Positions 1-8,054 of a stretch of 64,000 nt of DNA are shown here, piece after piece. The notes beneath the pieces are model-generated. The model was not told the DNA's origin. It saw only the letters and a program-made list of their open reading frames with translations, and did not search any database. Position 1 is the first letter of the stretch, and every line of letters begins with the position of its first letter. The translations under genes were made by a program, and so were the position numbers. The stretch spans positions 8,066-72,065 of IMG/VR virus record IMGVR_UViG_3300023174_000152. The stretch is one strand, 5' to 3'. The DNA comes from a virus.

Positions 1-1
1 G

Positions 2-328
2 ATTAGTCCCTGGGGATTTGAAGCCACTGATCCAAGATACTCGCCGGTGTTTACAATCAAGGACGGTGTTGATTATATGATGACGTACGAGGATTTTCAT
101 AAAATGGTTTATCCCAGTCACAAATCTGGGTACACACAATGGAAACAAAAAGGTCGCGCGGTACATCCATGGCATCAATGGTTAGCTGAAGAAATGCCAG
201 CAGAAGCCAAGGATTGGTACAAAGCATACATTTCAACATACTCTCAACTCCCTGACAGTTGGACCCAACATCGTGGCGGTCTAGAACAGAACATAGCTCG
301 TCTTGAAATAAAATATTTTGTTGAATAA
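2..328 (+). CDS. Hypothetical protein, 5'-truncated by the window edge
   Basis: The frame of ORF 47..328 is open from position 2 (ISPWGFEATDPRYSPVFT...). Its stop overlaps the start region of the next gene. Confidence 0.7.
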   Translation: MSPWGFEATDPRYSPVFTIKDGVDYMMTYEDFHKMVYPSHKSGYTQWKQKGRAVHPWHQWLAEEMPAEAKDWYKAYISTYSQLPDSWTQHRGGLEQNIARLEIKYFVE

Positions 329-923
329 CATGTTTACACACTTATCATTGTCACTGCCGTTACCGCCACAGGCCCTTGTAGATCAGCTGGTATCATATCA
401 CCAAGATCAAAAACTTGCATGGGATCCAGCTCAACGAGAAAGATTTAAAAAACACGAAACTGGCTACTTGGAAAGAAAACTAACATGGCAGAATCAAGAG
501 TATCAAACTAGAGTTCAATACAGATACGTTTTACCGCAAGAAATTTTACAGTGGATAGATGATCATTTTCCCAAGGACTATCTTGCCGCAAGTCTGGCAG
601 TAAGCTCAGGACAAGGTCCTTTGCACGGCCCGCATATTGATTTTAACAGGCACTATATATTCTATCTAAGTTTGGACACAGGTGGCCAAGATGTTACTAC
701 TAGTTTTTGGCGAAGGCCCAACAATCCTGTTGAGTTTCTCAGTCCAGAATGGCCCGGTACATCTCAGGACTATCCCGGATTGGAACACATAGAGTCTGTG
801 GTACTTCAACCCAACCAATGGTATGTACTCAATGGATGGGTGTATCACAGTGTAGAAAATATGACTGGCACAAGACTCAGTCTGCAAGTTGATTACGATC
901 GCATAAATCTCACAGTCAAATGA
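318..923 (+). CDS. 2OG-Fe(II) oxygenase / cupin-fold protein
   Basis: HxD motif (GPHIDFNR), distal His (YHSVEN) and a C-terminal Arg (TRLSLQV), matching the double-stranded beta-helix facial-triad pattern. Confidence 0.6.
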   Translation: MLNNMFTHLSLSLPLPPQALVDQLVSYHQDQKLAWDPAQRERFKKHETGYLERKLTWQNQEYQTRVQYRYVLPQEILQWIDDHFPKDYLAASLAVSSGQGPLHGPHIDFNRHYIFYLSLDTGGQDVTTSFWRRPNNPVEFLSPEWPGTSQDYPGLEHIESVVLQPNQWYVLNGWVYHSVENMTGTRLSLQVDYDRINLTVK

Positions 924-1525
924 AACTAGGCATCACCGGAACCAGTCAAGGACTAGGACAACATCTCAAACAAGTGTTTGAACACCACGGCCACGAAGTG
1001 TTAGAGTTTAATCGTAGCAACGGATATGACATCAAACAACCACAGCGTATTGTTGATGCTGTCCAAGACTGTGAACTGTTTATCAACAATGCCTACGATG
1101 GGTATGGACAAGTAGATCTGTTGTATGCGCTCGTTGACCGTTGGGAACACAAAGAAAATCGTTTTATCATCAACATAGGTAGTGAACAAACACGGCGCTG
1201 GACCAATCACATGGCTGAAGGTATAACGCCGTTTGATTGGCGTGAAGGACAACGTGCTATCAACTATCGCACACACAAACTCAGCCTAACTGAAGCCACG
1301 CACTATCTGTATCAAATGGTCACATGGCCACAGCTCATGTTGGTTGACATTGGCATGCTCGATACACAGCCTGCGGGCTATTGGAGTCGACACAGAAAGA
1401 ATCGAGAACCGGTACGATGTGAGGACGCGGCTAGATTGATCTACAACTGTTTTGATCAACGACATTTGCACTTTGTCAGCGAACTAGCAATACGCCCGCT
1501 GAACTTTGCTCCTAAAAACCCTTGA
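920..1525 (+). CDS. Short-chain dehydrogenase/reductase (SDR)
   Basis: TGxxxGxG (ITGTSQGLG), INNA, INIGS and YxxxK (YRTHK). ATGA overlap with the upstream gene. Confidence 0.85.
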   Translation: MKLGITGTSQGLGQHLKQVFEHHGHEVLEFNRSNGYDIKQPQRIVDAVQDCELFINNAYDGYGQVDLLYALVDRWEHKENRFIINIGSEQTRRWTNHMAEGITPFDWREGQRAINYRTHKLSLTEATHYLYQMVTWPQLMLVDIGMLDTQPAGYWSRHRKNREPVRCEDAARLIYNCFDQRHLHFVSELAIRPLNFAPKNP

Positions 1526-1542
1526 AATACAAGGGTTTTTTT
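1514..1542 (+). terminator. Intrinsic terminator (potentially bidirectional)
   Basis: AAAAACCCTTG-AAATA-CAAGGGTTTTT(TT) hairpin with a U-tract, overlapping the SDR stop. Confidence 0.8.
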
Positions 1543-1568
1543 GTGGCTTTTTTACAACACAACAAAGG

Positions 1569-1597
1569 TTGACCAGAAACAGCCGTCATGCTATACT
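1569..1597 (+). promoter_or_regulatory. Sigma70-type (early) promoter
   Basis: TTGACC-17 bp-TATACT with an extended -10 TG, preceded by GG. AGGAG SD precedes the GTG at 1631. Confidence 0.8.
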
Positions 1598-1630
1598 ATA
1601 GGCTAAGTTAAACAAAACAGGAGCCCTACT

Positions 1631-1882
1631 GTGAAATCACTCAAAGCCTATGTAGATCAAAAGAATCAGTGGAATGCTATCTTTGGTGGCAAGCCTTTGG
1701 TCATTGGTCGAGACAATCAACGCATCGCCGACATGATCGACGGTGATCTTTCTCCAGAAAATCTCACTTGCGATGGCGAACTGCCTCGCAGTCAAGTTCA
1801 AGCTCGTTACCGCCAGCTCACTGCCGCGGCCACAGAACTCCGTCGTCTAGATCCCACAGTGAAGTTTTATGAGTTTTCTTAA
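1631..1882 (+). CDS. Hypothetical phage protein (83 aa)
   Basis: ORF with AGGAG SD directly behind a consensus promoter; contains an SPENLTCDGE motif. Confidence 0.75.
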   Translation: MKSLKAYVDQKNQWNAIFGGKPLVIGRDNQRIADMIDGDLSPENLTCDGELPRSQVQARYRQLTAAATELRRLDPTVKFYEFS

Positions 1883-1884
1883 GG

Positions 1885-1913
1885 TTGACGCAGAAATCAA
1901 CTTCGCATACAAT
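1885..1913 (+). promoter_or_regulatory. Sigma70-type (early) promoter
   Basis: (GG)TTGACG-17 bp-TACAAT upstream of the AAA ATPase gene. Confidence 0.8.
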
Positions 1914-1945
1914 AGTAGAATCATCAACAAAAAGGACCAAGCCCT

Positions 1946-3040
1946 ATGTCATTTGAACATCGCACCGTAACCGCGGTTGGTGCCCGCAAAGCCATCAAAA
2001 AGTGTTTCGCTAAAAAGCGTCCGCTGTTCCTCTGGGGTCCTCCCGGTATCGGCAAAAGTGAAGTGGTAGCAGATATCACTCGTGAACTCGGTGGTCTCAT
2101 GATCGACCTCCGTTTGGGCCAAATGGACCCTACCGACATCCGTGGTATTCCGTTCTACAACAGAGACAAAAACGTCATGGACTGGGCTCCTCCTATCGAC
2201 TTGCCTGATACAGAAACTGCTGGTCAGTATCCTGTTGTGGTATTGTTTATGGACGAGATGAACTCGGCGCCTCCGGCTGTACAGGCCGCGGCCTATCAGC
2301 TCGTGTTGAACCGTCGTGTTGGCAAGTATATACTGCCCGACAATGTGGTGCTGGTTGCCGCTGGTAACCGTGAATCAGACAAAGGTGTTACCTATCGTAT
2401 GCCTACTCCGTTGGCAAACCGTTTTGTCCACTTGGAGATGCGAGTTGACTTCCCTGTATGGCAAGAGTGGGCCGTGAGCAATGGTATCCACAAAGACGTT
2501 GTGGGTTACTTGAGTTTTGCCAAGCAGGACCTCTACGACTTTGATGCCAAGAGTGCAAGTCGTTCGTTCGCTACTCCACGTTCTTGGACTTTCGTCAGCG
2601 AGCTGTTGGCAGACGAAGACGTAGATGAGACCACTTACACCGATCTGATTGCAGGTGCTGTGGGTGAAGGCCTTGCTGTGAAGTTTATGGCGCATCGCAA
2701 GATTGCAGGCAAAATGCCCAAGCCCGAAGACATCTTGTCGGGCAAGGTCAAGGATCTGCAGATCAAAGAAGTCAGTGCCATGTACTCTTTGGTGATCTCT
2801 ATGTGCTATGAGCTCAAAGGTGCCATCGAGCGCAAGATTCCAGACAAAGAGTTCCATGCTATGTCTGACAACTTCTTTGCCTACATGATGGCGAACTTTG
2901 AAACTGAGCTCGTGGTCATGGGTGCCCGTATTGCACTGACCACATACAATCTTCCGTTCCAGCCTACCAAGCTCAAGAACTTTGACGAGTTCCATCAGCG
3001 GTATGGCAAGTACATCCTGAGCGCAAGCCAGAATGCCTGA
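1946..3040 (+). CDS. MoxR-like / AAA_5 family AAA+ ATPase
   Basis: Walker A GPPGIGKS, Walker B LFMDEMN, sensor AAGN, Arg finger LANRF and sensor-2 TPRSW. Confidence 0.9.
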   Translation: MSFEHRTVTAVGARKAIKKCFAKKRPLFLWGPPGIGKSEVVADITRELGGLMIDLRLGQMDPTDIRGIPFYNRDKNVMDWAPPIDLPDTETAGQYPVVVLFMDEMNSAPPAVQAAAYQLVLNRRVGKYILPDNVVLVAAGNRESDKGVTYRMPTPLANRFVHLEMRVDFPVWQEWAVSNGIHKDVVGYLSFAKQDLYDFDAKSASRSFATPRSWTFVSELLADEDVDETTYTDLIAGAVGEGLAVKFMAHRKIAGKMPKPEDILSGKVKDLQIKEVSAMYSLVISMCYELKGAIERKIPDKEFHAMSDNFFAYMMANFETELVVMGARIALTTYNLPFQPTKLKNFDEFHQRYGKYILSASQNA

Positions 3041-3048
3041 TAGGTCAA

Positions 3049-3108
3049 GGGTTGGGTCCACTATCGGTAACGAGACATAGGGCTATGTCGGATCCAACCC
3101 ATCTTTTT
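3049..3108 (+). other. Structured RNA element (three-way junction) between AAA ATPase and next gene
   Basis: P1 GGGTTGGGTCC(3049-59)/GGATCCAACCC(3090-3100); P2 TCG-GTAA-CGA (GNRA loop); P3 GACATA-GGGC-TATGTC; followed by ATCTTTTT. Confidence 0.55.
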
Positions 3109-3324
3109 GATCAACCACCCGTAAGGGTGGTTTTCGCACCCTACAGTCACAGCGATGTCCAAGACATGTTGCGAAAAGTAGTGCAAGACTTTGGTCGTCC
3201 CGGATCTAGATGGCGGTATCGTAGCCCTGACATAGGTCAAGCAGAAAACAATGTTTGGCAGTTAGATTTCCATTTCCGTGATCCGCATGATGCAGTCATA
3301 TTCGGCCTTAAATATCAACGATGA
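3085..3324 (+). CDS. Small hypothetical protein (C-terminal F-x-D-x-x-D-A-x-x-F-x-L-K-Y motif)
   Basis: ORF 3052..3324; ATG at 3085 is the first in-frame ATG. ATGA-coupled to the next gene. Confidence 0.65.
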   Translation: MSDPTHLFDQPPVRVVFAPYSHSDVQDMLRKVVQDFGRPGSRWRYRSPDIGQAENNVWQLDFHFRDPHDAVIFGLKYQR

Positions 3325-3674
3325 AATACAAGATAGTCAAACTCGATGGTCGCTGGAGTTACAGAAAATACTTTGAGTATGCTGTGATTTTTTCTGGCCG
3401 CATGAGTAACAGCCAAGGACCCATGCAGTTTGCTGAAGCTCAAAAGTATTTCTTTGACATCTATGGCTGGAGTGCCGAGATCCGCCAATGGGCCGACATC
3501 AAAGAATACACCGCAAACATTTTCAAATACATTGGGCCGAACCCACCGCCAAAGATGCCCGAGTGTGTGAACCCGTATTGGAGTTGGACCAATGGTTATG
3601 AAGACCTGCGTATCTACGTGAAAAGCCCGCAAGAACTCACGCTTTTCCAGCTGAAATATCCGGTTGACCAATAA
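3321..3674 (+). CDS. Small hypothetical protein (C-terminal ...LFQLKY motif)
   Basis: 117-aa ORF, ATGA-coupled to the upstream gene. Confidence 0.75.
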   Translation: MKYKIVKLDGRWSYRKYFEYAVIFSGRMSNSQGPMQFAEAQKYFFDIYGWSAEIRQWADIKEYTANIFKYIGPNPPPKMPECVNPYWSWTNGYEDLRIYVKSPQELTLFQLKYPVDQ

Positions 3675-3692
3675 TCCATTTTCCTGTATAAT
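3664..3692 (+). promoter_or_regulatory. Sigma70-type (early) promoter
   Basis: (GG)TTGACC-17 bp-TATAAT; AAGGAG SD before ATG 3717. Confidence 0.85.
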
Positions 3693-3716
3693 ATAAGATA
3701 TAGTTAAGGAGCACTT

Positions 3717-5003
3717 ATGTCTACAAAAACCGCAACTTCCACGCAAAACAAAGACGACGCTAAAAAGTTCGCCAATCTGATTGGACCCATGGATCCAAAG
3801 TTAGACAAGATTGTGCGTGAGAAACTGGTCACTGCCCGTGTGGGACTGTTACTCCGTGCTTCATTTTTTGGCAATCTTGCTACTCGCCTGAAGCTGGTCA
3901 ATGCCGACGAGTGGTGTGCCACTGCCGCCACAGACGGACGTCATTTCTACTACAATAGTCGCTTCATTGAACTGCTCAAACCCAAAGAGATTGAGTTCTT
4001 GTTTGGGCATGAAGTCTTGCATTGTGTATATGATCACTTCGGTCGTCGTGGAGATCGCGACCCGCAGTTATTCAATATCGCCAATGACTTCTGCGTCAAT
4101 GCAGATTTGAAGAAACATCGTGTAGGCGAGTTTATTACTTCGGTGCCTTGCTTGTATGATTCAAAGTTTGAAGGCAAGAGCTCTGAAGAGATCTATGATA
4201 TTTTGTATGAGAATGCAGAAAAAATCAGTCTCAGCGATCTTATCGACAAGTTACTAGACGAGCATTTGGATGGCGAAGGTGACGGAGATGGGTCAGATAG
4301 CCAGGATGGCGACAAGCCCGGCAAAGGACGTCCCAAGCTGTCAGCAGAAGAGCGTCAAAAGATCCGCGATGAAATCAAGGAAGCCATGTTGGCGGCCGCA
4401 CAAGCGTCAGATGCAGGATCGATTCCGTTGGGCGTCAAACGTCTGATCAGTGATCTCACCGATCCTAAGATGAACTGGCGTGAACTGCTCCGTATGCAGT
4501 TAGAGTCAACCATCAAGAGTGACTACACTTGGATGAAAACTAGCCGTCGTGGCTGGGACATGGATGCTGTGATGCCTGGTATGAATCGTACTGACGCCAT
4601 TGACATCGCTGTGTACATCGACATGTCAGGCTCCATTGGAGAAGCTCAAGGCAAAGATTTCCTTAGCGAAGTCAAAGGTATCATGGAATCGTTTGAATCT
4701 TACAAGATCCATGTCGCTTGTTTTGATACCGAAGTGTACAACCTGCAACAATACAACTCAGAAAATCTTGATTCAATCGAAGACTACGAGTTAGCCGGTG
4801 GCGGTGGTACTGATTTTGATTGCATCTTCAAGCACTTGAAAGACGAACAAATCGAACCCAAGCGTCTGGTAGTATTCACTGATGGTTATCCATGTGGTAG
4901 CTGGGGTGACCCCAACTACTGTGATACTGTATGGATCATCCATGGTGACAAGAATCCCAACCCACCCTTTGGTACGTTCGCCCTGTACGAGGAGGACAAA
5001 TAA
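3717..5003 (+). CDS. Putative metallopeptidase plus VWA-domain protein (DUF2201-like), partner of the MoxR ATPase
   Basis: TAATDG and HExxH (HEVLH) in the N-terminal part; acidic/Gly linker; C-terminal MIDAS DxSxS (IDMSGS), GGGGTDF and VFTDG. Confidence 0.85.
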   Translation: MSTKTATSTQNKDDAKKFANLIGPMDPKLDKIVREKLVTARVGLLLRASFFGNLATRLKLVNADEWCATAATDGRHFYYNSRFIELLKPKEIEFLFGHEVLHCVYDHFGRRGDRDPQLFNIANDFCVNADLKKHRVGEFITSVPCLYDSKFEGKSSEEIYDILYENAEKISLSDLIDKLLDEHLDGEGDGDGSDSQDGDKPGKGRPKLSAEERQKIRDEIKEAMLAAAQASDAGSIPLGVKRLISDLTDPKMNWRELLRMQLESTIKSDYTWMKTSRRGWDMDAVMPGMNRTDAIDIAVYIDMSGSIGEAQGKDFLSEVKGIMESFESYKIHVACFDTEVYNLQQYNSENLDSIEDYELAGGGGTDFDCIFKHLKDEQIEPKRLVVFTDGYPCGSWGDPNYCDTVWIIHGDKNPNPPFGTFALYEEDK

Positions 5004-5129
5004 ATGACCTTTGTGAACTTCTTATACCTTGCGGCAGGGTTTTGGTTGGGTTGGTTTATTGGTCAACCCATCATAGACTTTATTCCCAAACTTATTCGTG
5101 AGATTCGTGAAACACGCTGGAGGCAGTAA
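5004..5129 (+). CDS. 41-aa predicted membrane peptide (not in ORF track)
   Basis: MTFVNFLYLAAGFWLGWFIGQPIIDFIPKLIREIRETRWRQ. It exactly fills the gap between two genes, has GGAGG upstream, a hydrophobic N-terminus and a basic tail. Confidence 0.65.
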   Translation: MTFVNFLYLAAGFWLGWFIGQPIIDFIPKLIREIRETRWRQ

Positions 5130-5471
5130 ATGAAATGGTTTGATCGATACTTGTACCGCAAACTTCGCGATATGTGGGACAACAAAGAAAAGTACAATCA
5201 CTATCTTGAGGATGACGGTAGCATTCCTGTTAGTAAAATGAGAGGTGCAAGCATGGGACTGGTAGCAGTGGCAGAAGACTCAGTGGGTTGGGAAGACGGC
5301 CTGCGTATCAATGTCAAAAAAGTCATCGGTGGATTCATCGTAAGTTTCCGAAGCTATGATCGCAAAACAGATCGTAACAATGAGCGGCATTACATCATCA
5401 CTGACGATCAAGAGTTTGAAAAAGAACTAGGCAAGTTCATTACTTTAGAATCAATGCGGCAAACAGGATGA
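5130..5471 (+). CDS. Hypothetical protein (113 aa)
   Basis: GGAGG SD; coupled to neighbouring genes. Confidence 0.75.
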   Translation: MKWFDRYLYRKLRDMWDNKEKYNHYLEDDGSIPVSKMRGASMGLVAVAEDSVGWEDGLRINVKKVIGGFIVSFRSYDRKTDRNNERHYIITDDQEFEKELGKFITLESMRQTG

Positions 5472-5812
5472 TCAAAGGTATTTCAACTCAAAGCCCGCGA
5501 TGGATGTCAGTGTACAGTCCATCGCAAAGTCCGTACATTAGCCCAGGATCCATGAGTGCCGGGATGGTGCGCTACAATAGCAGTTCGCAGAATCTCGAAG
5601 TCTATGATGGTAATGCTTGGTTAAGTCTCAGCGGATCAGCAGATGTTGGACTTAGTCCTGAAGCACAGGCTACATTAGAGTGGGCATATCGGAAAATGAA
5701 AGAAGACGAAGAGCTGGAACTGCTGATGGCTAAACACCCCGGGTTGAAGGATCTACACGAAAAATTCACGCTGATGAAGGCCTTGGTAGCAGAAAACCAC
5801 AAAAACCCGTGA
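5468..5812 (+). CDS. Hypothetical protein (114 aa)
   Basis: ATGA overlap. Contains G-M-V-R-Y-N...L-E-V-Y-D-G-N-A-W, a motif resembling tail-fibre shaft repeats. Confidence 0.7.
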   Translation: MIKGISTQSPRWMSVYSPSQSPYISPGSMSAGMVRYNSSSQNLEVYDGNAWLSLSGSADVGLSPEAQATLEWAYRKMKEDEELELLMAKHPGLKDLHEKFTLMKALVAENHKNP

Positions 5813-5855
5813 AATAAAGATCAAAAAGGTAAAACTGATCTAAAACCTTTTCTAC

Positions 5856-5878
5856 AACCGCCGCAAAGGCGGTTTTTT
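5856..5878 (+). terminator. Intrinsic terminator
   Basis: AACCGCC-GCAAA-GGCGGTT followed by TTTT. Confidence 0.85.
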
Positions 5879-5924
5879 CTTGGCATAAACTACGTCTATT
5901 TCTTTTTTGCCATTAAATAGATGT

Positions 5925-6140
5925 ATGGAAAATCAAAACGTAAACCTATCAGTATCAGACCTTATTATGTTACAAAACATAGTACAGGTAGCCTGTGAAC
6001 GTGGTGCTTTCCGTGCTGAAGAAATGAGCCAGATTGGTCAATGTTATGATCGATTGTCAGCTTGGTTGGCGCAGATGCAACCAGCCTCTGAACAGCCCGA
6101 CTCACAACCACAGCAACCCGAACAACCTCAAGGAGAATGA
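5925..6140 (+). CDS. Hypothetical protein (Gln/Pro-rich tail)
   Basis: ATG 5925 (MENQNVNL...) lies 5 nt after TAAATA (5914-5919); contains an RGAFRAEEM motif. Confidence 0.7.
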   Translation: MENQNVNLSVSDLIMLQNIVQVACERGAFRAEEMSQIGQCYDRLSAWLAQMQPASEQPDSQPQQPEQPQGE

Positions 6141-6829
6141 CAATGTTCATCAAACACGTAGGCAAACATGGTGACCGTAAGGTTGCTATATTATTTAGAG
6201 AAGTACCCGGTGAAGACCACATGTGCTTGGTAGTGTATCCAGATGTGATGCCCAGCCATATGCACGATGCTCTTATCAAGGCCATCGAAACACCCGAAGC
6301 ACAACAAGCTGAACAGTTGGCCGATGCTGTACACAGCAAACTGTTCCCTGATGGTCGTCCCATGCTCACAGCATTACACGCCGAAGGCATGATCAAGAAA
6401 GTACAGACCGAACAGGTTGTAGTAACTCCTACACCCACTGCCACAGTCAAACTCAGCGAGCTCAACAATATCTTGAGAGAGATGAAAACAGGTGAGCAAG
6501 CTATCAGTAAGTTGGCTGAACTGGATGCTAACTCTGGCTATACAGGCAAAGCCATTCGTAGAGATGATTTTGGTCGCGAGCTACGTCCACCTCCAGCCGC
6601 ACGTAATAATCTTATGGGTAGCAATCAAGCATTGGATGACAGTGCTTTGGCTGCTAACTTCCGTCAGCAAGCCGCTAAGATGGAAGCCGAAGCCAAAGGC
6701 TTATTGGCCGAGAGTGCCAGATTAGCCAAAGAAGCCGCGGCTCTTGAAGGAGCTCCAGCAGAAACCACCACTGCGCCCAAGCGCGGTCGTCCAGCGAAAG
6801 CGAAGGTGGCGGATGCAACTCAAGGTTGA
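6137..6829 (+). CDS. Hypothetical protein (230 aa) with coiled coil and basic KRGRP tail
   Basis: AGGAG SD, phage-like composition, AT-hook-like PKRGRPAK at the C-terminus. Confidence 0.8.
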   Translation: MTMFIKHVGKHGDRKVAILFREVPGEDHMCLVVYPDVMPSHMHDALIKAIETPEAQQAEQLADAVHSKLFPDGRPMLTALHAEGMIKKVQTEQVVVTPTPTATVKLSELNNILREMKTGEQAISKLAELDANSGYTGKAIRRDDFGRELRPPPAARNNLMGSNQALDDSALAANFRQQAAKMEAEAKGLLAESARLAKEAAALEGAPAETTTAPKRGRPAKAKVADATQG

Positions 6830-7115
6830 TGAAATCGAAAAATGGGAAGATGTTGTAAGTTCGGTTGACAAAGAACATATTCCCATTGACTGTGTCAAGA
6901 AAGTTACGTTAAAATTACGTGGTGGCCGTCAAAAGACCATCAACTTAGAAACGCTGAGACGCAACGGTCTTGATGTCGAAGACATCGAAGGAGTGGTAGC
7001 ACGAGCCATGGCAGAACGTGGTCGTGATATCATCAACGTAGATTTTGTCATCGACGTCAAAACTGTAGCACAGCACATACAACCTTACACAGATAAAATC
7101 TTAAGTAAACTATGA
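6813..7115 (+). CDS. Hypothetical protein (100 aa)
   Basis: ORF 6744..7115; the ATG at 6813 (MQLKVDE) gives a short overlap with the upstream gene. ATGA-coupled to thyX. Confidence 0.7.
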   Translation: MQLKVDEIEKWEDVVSSVDKEHIPIDCVKKVTLKLRGGRQKTINLETLRRNGLDVEDIEGVVARAMAERGRDIINVDFVIDVKTVAQHIQPYTDKILSKL

Positions 7116-7786
7116 ATGTTAAACTTGTCTCTTACTCCCAGCCCACTGGTGAGTTTAGAGACATGGGCATCGCAGATGCGCAGGAACTCATTGCGTATTG
7201 CGCCCGTGTCTCCAATCCATCAAACCAACTCAACACTGAATCATCAGAAAAACTCATCCGATACCTCATCCGACACCAACACTGGAGCCCGCTCGAAATG
7301 GTCTCAGCCTGTTGCGAAATCACCACAACCAGAGATATCGCCCGACAGATCTTGCGACATAGATCTTTTAGCTTTCAAGAATTTTCTCAACGATACGCAG
7401 ACCCTACTAAAGACCTTAACTTTGTCACAAGAGAAGCCCGACTGCAAGACACCAAGAACCGTCAGAACAGCATTGCCGTGGATGATCAACTGTTACAAAA
7501 TGAATGGTATAGAGCTCAACAACGAGTCATCTATGCGGCCCAACGAGAATACGAGTGGGCTATCGCTAATGGCATAGCCAAAGAGCAAGCTCGTGCTGTG
7601 TTACCAGAAGGTCTAATAGAAAGCCGACTTTACATGAATGGTACACTGAGATCGTGGATACACTTTATTGAACTACGCTCAGGACACGGAACACAAAAAG
7701 AACACATGGAAGTGGCTCGTGCCTGTGCTGAAGTCATAGCTACCGTATTTCCCATGAGTGCCGAATTCGTAGATCAATCAACATAA
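7112..7786 (+). CDS. thyX: FAD-dependent thymidylate synthase
   Basis: ThyX signature RHRxxSFQEFSQRY, plus HWSPLE, AKEQARAVLP and TLRSWIHFIELR. Confidence 0.95.
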   Translation: MNVKLVSYSQPTGEFRDMGIADAQELIAYCARVSNPSNQLNTESSEKLIRYLIRHQHWSPLEMVSACCEITTTRDIARQILRHRSFSFQEFSQRYADPTKDLNFVTREARLQDTKNRQNSIAVDDQLLQNEWYRAQQRVIYAAQREYEWAIANGIAKEQARAVLPEGLIESRLYMNGTLRSWIHFIELRSGHGTQKEHMEVARACAEVIATVFPMSAEFVDQST

Positions 7787-7789
7787 ATC

Positions 7790-7798
7790 TGCTATAAT
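7790..7798 (+). promoter_or_regulatory. Extended -10 promoter element
   Basis: TG-C-TATAAT, 7 nt before the GTG start at 7806; no good -35 element. Confidence 0.55.
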
Positions 7799-7805
7799 CA
7801 TAGTA

Positions 7806-8054
7806 GTGCAAAAAATAGTATTTCATTCATTCTCCATGGGCGACGTAGACGATCCTGAACTCTACGCCGCCTTTCCTTTGGGTGAGTTTATGGCAACAGA
7901 AAAAGGCCAATGGATAAAATCTCACTGCCTAGATCCTTGCTACATAATACGTCCAGATCCAGACTCCTATGGAGTTCGATGTATAGTTTATGGATCTGTG
8001 GAAGACAAATCAGCAACGGAGTATTATCTAAGATGGAATCAAGAAAAATCATAG
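7806..8054 (+). CDS. Small hypothetical protein (C-terminal ...EYYLRW motif)
   Basis: 82-aa ORF with an FSMGDVDDPELYAA motif, filling the gap between thyX and the epimerase. Confidence 0.7.
   Translation: MQKIVFHSFSMGDVDDPELYAAFPLGEFMATEKGQWIKSHCLDPCYIIRPDPDSYGVRCIVYGSVEDKSATEYYLRWNQEKS

Noticed and set aside
1601-1611. GGCTAAGTTAA identical to 59522-59532 (part of the late-promoter 13-mer)
   Set aside because: It lacks the AAAC continuation and the TAAATA box at the 10-nt spacing. A single 11-mer match in 64 kb can arise by chance.
2375-3061. 228-aa antisense ORF over the AAA ATPase, and similar shadows (5965..6468, 34406..35023, 62060..62593, etc.)
   Set aside because: They lie entirely within well-supported genes and have no recognisable motifs. 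They are the expected by-product of codon bias.
3036-3108. Hammerhead ribozyme (CTGATAG next to a three-way junction)
   Set aside because: The CUGANGA/GAAA core is not present in the junction. Kept only as an unclassified structure.
7910-8032. N-terminal extensions given by the ORF track (7910, 10620, 22837, 25174, 26579, 59518, 59562)
   Set aside because: They overlap upstream genes or promoters. Downstream starts fit the SD sites, ATGA coupling and family N-termini better.
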